Shown: one piece after another, positions 60,401-64,000 of the stretch
How positions within the stretch are numbered: position 1 is the stretch's first letter
How the letters are laid out: every line of letters begins with the position of its first letter
Origin: Candidatus Helarchaeota archaeon
GTDB lineage: Archaea; Asgardarchaeota; Lokiarchaeia; Helarchaeales; RDOG01
DNA: 64,000 nt
Direction: 5' to 3'
Assembly (NCBI GenBank): GCA_019058315.1
Contig: JAHPZH010000002.1
Coordinates: 576,001-640,000, forward strand
Made by a program: the position numbers and the translations under genes
Notes under the pieces: generated by a model
Databases searched by the model: none
Told to the model about the DNA's origin: nothing
Seen by the model: the letters and a program-made list of their open reading frames with translations, nothing else

Positions 60401-63400
60401 ACCCAAATGCCAAATCTCTTATTAAGTCATGGGGCTTCCGTTGTAGTTGCTGATTTACGAGATAATATGTTAGGTTATTCTGAATATTTGTTTTATAATT
60501 ATTTTCAAGAATTATTGAGGAATAAGACAATCAGTATAGCTCTAATAAATGCCTTTAATAAAACGAGTCACTTGTACTCAAAAGGTTGGAAGGGAAATAT
60601 TGTTGAATCTCCACCATTTCCAAATAATTCAGAAGATTACCATCAATTTATAATATTTGGCGATCCAGAATCATATCTTATTAATTCAACATCCTTATTA
60701 CTTTTACCAGGCAATTATAAACCAATTGCTCAAAGATTTTATAATATATCAACTCGTAAGGGAATAAAATCAACAGAAGTATATCAAAGTGATTCAATAT
60801 TTAACTCGTATTTATTTGCAAATATAACTGATATCGATAATTCAATAGATAATTTAACAATACTAACTGAAAGTGATGTTCCTTCGGATTTTTTATTTGG
60901 AGACTCTTTTACTGCTAGTGATATTAGAGGTGGTCATCTATATAATATAGGAGTCGAGGGCCAATTTTATATTAAAGCAGTTGTTTTTCCGGATAATATG
61001 ACATTCAAATGGAAAATCTATGATCAAACTGATTCTGTAGAATTTCAAAATATTATCACTCTATTTTCTAATCCACCTACAATAGACCATTCTGGTCCAA
61101 CCCACTTCTTTTCTATAGACCGTTATCAAAACGGTTCAGTTGAGGAAATGTATTTTGATCAAAGTTATACAATTGGCAGGATAAATCAAACTCTTAATGC
61201 TTCTGTAGTTATACAAGATACTGATCATGATAATACAACAACCTTTATTAATGATCAAAATGAGTGGAATGTAACTCTACATCTAATACATAAGTCTAGT
61301 GGAATTTGGGTAAAGAATCTTACAATGGAGTTAAGTAAATCAACTGGAGATTATATTGCGAGTGGTTATCAATGGATTTATGGTTATTCTCAATGGAATA
61401 CTTCATATGTATTTACAGATGATGATCCTATTGGTGAATACGAATTCTTTGTTACCAGTATAGATAGTGAAGATGCATCCAGCTTTGAACAAGTTAATTT
61501 CACTGTAAAAGATCCCGAAGTGACGAATTGGCCTGCTGAATTCATCTCATTTACAAACAACACAAATACTCTATTTCGGGTTAATGAGAGTTTATATATA
61601 ACTGCTAATTTTTCTGACACAGATGGTTATTTAGATGAAAGTTTTTCAAGATATAAAGAAAACGATTCTATTATATTGAATTGCGAAGGAAATAATACAC
61701 TTACAAATATTAGTGTAAATGGGAGTTATTTTGAGAATGATTATCAAGCTACATATTTTGATGATAATTTTTCACATGTGATAGTCAATGACTCTTCTGG
61801 AATTATACGTATGCCGTATTCAATAAATCTATCAAATGCTGCAATAGAATACGATAATATTACTGAAGTTGAAATTAAATTAAGAGCATATTTAAATAAT
61901 ACTGAGAATCTCACCTTTGCAGGTTGGCAGATCTATAATTGGACTTCACAATCACTTCAAAATATATTTAATTCTACTAATAAAACAATAGGTATTTGTT
62001 ATATTTCAACAAATAACCTTTCAGATTTTATTAACCAGTCAGATAATCGTATAGAGATCTTTTTCTACTTGGAAACAAACACTACTACTAACGCAAGTAT
62101 TGATTATATTGAGTTTAATATAACTTATCCGGTGACTAAAACAGGAATTTCAGCAGAAATTCAGATGTATAATCCTCTTTATGGTGAAAATTGGATTAAC
62201 CGTACGATGATTTACGATAAAATAAGGGAAATTTGGAATTTTAATTGGGTATTTAGCCCAGAAAATGCTAGTGGCCCTTGGTATATTTATTTCAATTTAA
62301 CTGATAAAGAAAATGAGTATAGAGTTTGGAATATAAGTGAAATAATGAATGCAAGTAAAAATATCACGGTTAAGAATCACATTCCTAATTGGATCACTTC
62401 AAATATATCAGTTAATTCTACGTATAGAGGGGATCCTATTTTATTCTATGGTAATGCAACTGATATTGATATTTTTGATCGTATTAGCAATCTAACTTTA
62501 ATAGTTAATTTATCTCGTGTAGGAGAGGTAGTTAATCCAAAACAATATCCAATGAATTATGATAATAATACAAATCAATGGAATTGTTCGGTAATACCTG
62601 TATATACAACAAATCCTCTTACTACCTTTGCACCTGGTAATTGGTCATATGAAGTTATTGTAATTGATGAAACTGGTGCATTTAATATAACTGATAAGAA
62701 GTATTTCGAAATATTGAACAACCTTCCTATTCTAACGATTAATAAATTTTCTCCTCATGATTTAGATTTATATGACGGAGAAAGCATCTATATAGAGGGC
62801 AATTTATCTGATAATGAAGAACTAGATACAGCTTATATTCAATTAAATGACTCTTCGGGGAAATTTTTAAAGCGATTTATTTGGTTTCCTCCTGGAAGTA
62901 ATAACAAGACTTTTAGCTTACAAATTTCTAAAAGTGAATATTCACAACTAAGCTTTAAAGGTACATGGACTTTATATATCTTTTTAAATGATACTGATGG
63001 CGATGTTGCAGAAGCTACTTATAGAATTTCATGTCAGTTCCCCCCATTTCTCCCCCCTCCTCCCCCATTCCAATGGGAATATCTAATTATAGCGGGTCTT
63101 ATTGTAACTGTAGTATTAGGTACAATATTAGTATATAGGTTTTATAGAAGAGAGCATGTTGTAGTTCCAGCAAGTAGAGTTAAAGCTATTATTAAGAAAA
63201 TGGTAGAAGAAAAAGAAATCACGGAACTTGAAGAAGAAAAGGTAATAAAAGAAAGATTGAAGAAAGAAAAACTTAAGAAAAAACCTTCAAAGAAAATTAA
63301 AAAAGTAAAACCAGTTTCAAAGGAAAGATTAGAAGGCAAAAAAGAAAAATTAGATAAATTAGAAATCAAAAACCTCGAAGTTCGACTATCAGAGATTCTA

Positions 63401-63565
63401 AATTCTGCAAGAGAAGCCATTAGAAAGAAAAACTTTAATTATGCAGCAGAATTGTATCAAAGAGCTGCGAAAACATCTTCAAAATTAGGAGATTTAGATA
63501 AAGCCAAAAGATTTTCGGAAAGAGCAGAAGAATTGTATAAACGAGGAAAGAAAAAAATTAGTTAA
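57464..63565 (+). CDS. 2033-aa single-pass protein: CWB2-like repeats, PPC-like inserts, catalytically degenerate peptidase C25-like domain, Ig-like stalk, TM, cytoplasmic coiled coil plus TPR/MIT-like helices
   Basis: GSNIFDLSAQISDYFW..KAVLV and SASNGAVIASLMHAPIFFTDG (CWB2-like); WTDPQKDIDLWLLNPDG (PPC); GRFPG and IIFGDP (C25); PPPPP linker; TM; AREAIRKKNFNYAAELYQRAA. Confidence 0.82.
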   Translation: MKIRKKLVIFFLLSQISCQFLILSALFSTNEDYPNFLNPNINISIPIESSSVPSPYYDNFFSEYNWEFDPNYAPLQILTVVHYDENSNMDDFAYLSAIPNVIFNDSGIRKISPIIYDNVIDHENTLEFLKEWKQYNDIFGGLKRVIYVGDVSSATRNKITEIFGTQGEAGAPINFTGSNIFDLSAQISDYFWYKSSKAVLVLGDDTFNEPESIYNYSISDNINPNTYYSLIDNITNINLEDIFIPSALTFDGGAIFAYINDTNNKLALDLIGNYSTSNKWVFDTDNSTNSNLIFFPNVTYPANLSDWAIRVYNTSQISSDVVYNITFSNFTGFYQPIKVNYSNTKLKIDINWTDPQKDIDLWLLNPDGQLVESSDRNGYLYESGETNESISIEYPSMGNWTVIVTANENQSSIPFTLKINFLNHSNYKTRCVESASNGAVIASLMHAPIFFTDGNSLSSYTREILSSLSLSEVIVVEPGNTINETLITELGISTLSLENISIIREYIQNFSLQNDFILTTLKDGYFAPASLLSAYHGGIVLPIFNETFNFYSKALSNYKLMEYSYFQAPLTGPGPIYEDMTDLSDAFHNFLNVLDPGGINRTVITVSQLTDLYPIFERAIIGESFSGRFPGENEIDDTTYICRSILYRATNYKKYTPNEDALYQPYERTGYWADRFDSINPEGNAKGNWGIFSDVLVKDANDNKSHFCFNSVLGEILRPSSIRLNDYGLVFENITKINIKYRARIGYNDSNIQFAGLKIWNWTASNFTTLSTSIFNSTDYMDGFFYITEDNKSHFISSQADGRRIELFMYVNTTGPSINASVDQVQFNISMWSPFARQRVLSSSISYWHNFTFGGQNYNFSEVIPNNFSNYAYIVNYSTSFSNITDFLKSNVALWYFCGIGNYSGIPFNDNGSIKLMTDDYWRGFNTGQSPEDPIGAENPVDPSGVLEDWIGGSELFTVLINESLNLSHIILNNDFLGSTQMPNLLLSHGASVVVADLRDNMLGYSEYLFYNYFQELLRNKTISIALINAFNKTSHLYSKGWKGNIVESPPFPNNSEDYHQFIIFGDPESYLINSTSLLLLPGNYKPIAQRFYNISTRKGIKSTEVYQSDSIFNSYLFANITDIDNSIDNLTILTESDVPSDFLFGDSFTASDIRGGHLYNIGVEGQFYIKAVVFPDNMTFKWKIYDQTDSVEFQNIITLFSNPPTIDHSGPTHFFSIDRYQNGSVEEMYFDQSYTIGRINQTLNASVVIQDTDHDNTTTFINDQNEWNVTLHLIHKSSGIWVKNLTMELSKSTGDYIASGYQWIYGYSQWNTSYVFTDDDPIGEYEFFVTSIDSEDASSFEQVNFTVKDPEVTNWPAEFISFTNNTNTLFRVNESLYITANFSDTDGYLDESFSRYKENDSIILNCEGNNTLTNISVNGSYFENDYQATYFDDNFSHVIVNDSSGIIRMPYSINLSNAAIEYDNITEVEIKLRAYLNNTENLTFAGWQIYNWTSQSLQNIFNSTNKTIGICYISTNNLSDFINQSDNRIEIFFYLETNTTTNASIDYIEFNITYPVTKTGISAEIQMYNPLYGENWINRTMIYDKIREIWNFNWVFSPENASGPWYIYFNLTDKENEYRVWNISEIMNASKNITVKNHIPNWITSNISVNSTYRGDPILFYGNATDIDIFDRISNLTLIVNLSRVGEVVNPKQYPMNYDNNTNQWNCSVIPVYTTNPLTTFAPGNWSYEVIVIDETGAFNITDKKYFEILNNLPILTINKFSPHDLDLYDGESIYIEGNLSDNEELDTAYIQLNDSSGKFLKRFIWFPPGSNNKTFSLQISKSEYSQLSFKGTWTLYIFLNDTDGDVAEATYRISCQFPPFLPPPPPFQWEYLIIAGLIVTVVLGTILVYRFYRREHVVVPASRVKAIIKKMVEEKEITELEEEKVIKERLKKEKLKKKPSKKIKKVKPVSKERLEGKKEKLDKLEIKNLEVRLSEILNSAREAIRKKNFNYAAELYQRAAKTSSKLGDLDKAKRFSERAEELYKRGKKKIS
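59480..62130 (+). repeat. Two dispersed copies of a jelly-roll-like domain (~59480-59960 and ~61680-62130)
   Basis: NIT.I.IK.RA...FAG..I.NWT...IFNST...YI..N...FI..RIE.F.Y..T...NAS.D...FNI occurs in both copies. Confidence 0.8.
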
Positions 63566-63736
63566 ATTAAATTTCTTTTTTCCAATTAAACAAAAAATCT
63601 AAAATGACTTTTTATAAGCATAATTATCTTTAGAATTATTATTGAGAATTAAAATTAATAGCTTTAAAAGTAATAAAAATATTTTTTAATCAAATCATAA
63701 TTGTTTAACTGATTGTATAATAAATAATTTAAGAAT

Positions 63737-64000
63737 GTGGTTAGAAAATTGTCAATATCCTCAGCATTCAGAAAAGAATTATCAAAAAGTGAAATTGGAA
63801 AAACAATTAATTTTTGCTATCAGTGCGGAACTTGTTCTGGAATTTGTCCCGCATTGAGATATACTAAGATTTTTAACCCACGTCAAATAATTGAAAACTC
63901 ATTACTTGGGTTTAAAGATAAGATTATCGAAGGGGACATGATTTGGCAGTGTACAACATGTCATTCATGTCTAGAAGTTTGTCCTCAGGCAGTACTTGTT
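63737..64000 (+). CDS. hdrC: Heterodisulfide reductase subunit C-like 4Fe-4S protein, partial (runs off window end)
   Basis: Not in ORF track. GTG 63737 reads MVRKL...CYQCGTCSGICP...FNPRQII...LLG...IWQCTTCHSCLEVCPQ. Confidence 0.88.
   Translation, partial: MVRKLSISSAFRKELSKSEIGKTINFCYQCGTCSGICPALRYTKIFNPRQIIENSLLGFKDKIIEGDMIWQCTTCHSCLEVCPQAVLV

Noticed and set aside
5429-63420. Short ORF-track entries (60-125 aa) overlapping larger genes, e.g. 5429, 13908, 23853, 52743, 63142
   Set aside because: They are antisense or off-frame shadows of well-supported CDSs and carry no recognisable motifs.
1-64000. Selenocysteine/pyrrolysine recoding, rRNA, transposases, diversity-generating retroelements
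   Set aside because: I saw no interrupted conserved ORFs at TGA/TAG, no rRNA-like GC-rich tract, and no transposase or reverse transcriptase motifs.

Overview
A very AT-rich archaeal window. Archaeal markers include a tRNA with bulge-helix-bulge (BHB) introns, RtcA, NadM, Trm112 and HdrC. An Asgard (Lokiarchaeia/Helarchaeales-like) origin is inferred from a small GTPase-like gene and from giant single-pass surface proteins with charged cytoplasmic tails. Layout: (1) 1-14.5 kb, a surface-glycan locus with partial asnB, GT2/GT4 glycosyltransferases, an AlkP-family / UDP-sulfoquinovose synthase / thioredoxin / GT2 operon, nucleotide-sugar dehydrogenases, an ABC-2 transporter and an acetyltransferase. 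(2) 14.5-21.5 kb, housekeeping genes plus tRNA-Gln(UUG) with two introns (37/38 and 59/60) and an enlarged Trm112. (3) 21.5-29 kb, membrane proteins and a 1930-aa surface protein. (4) 29-46 kb, four cobalamin-binding radical SAM genes, a GT-C, a DPM1-like GT2, two methyltransferases, a membrane-anchored six-hairpin protein and a 1355-aa GIFT/Ig-repeat protein. (5) 46-63.6 kb, a degenerate small GTPase divergent from a 3481-aa protein and a 2033-aa receptor-like pseudo-gingipain, followed by the start of hdrC. The most novel-looking signal is Russian-doll (nested) domain insertion in the giant surface proteins, together with a candidate surface-sensing module built from pseudo-enzymes. I saw no CRISPR array, rRNA or mobile element. 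All domain calls come from motif recognition by eye; no database searches were run.
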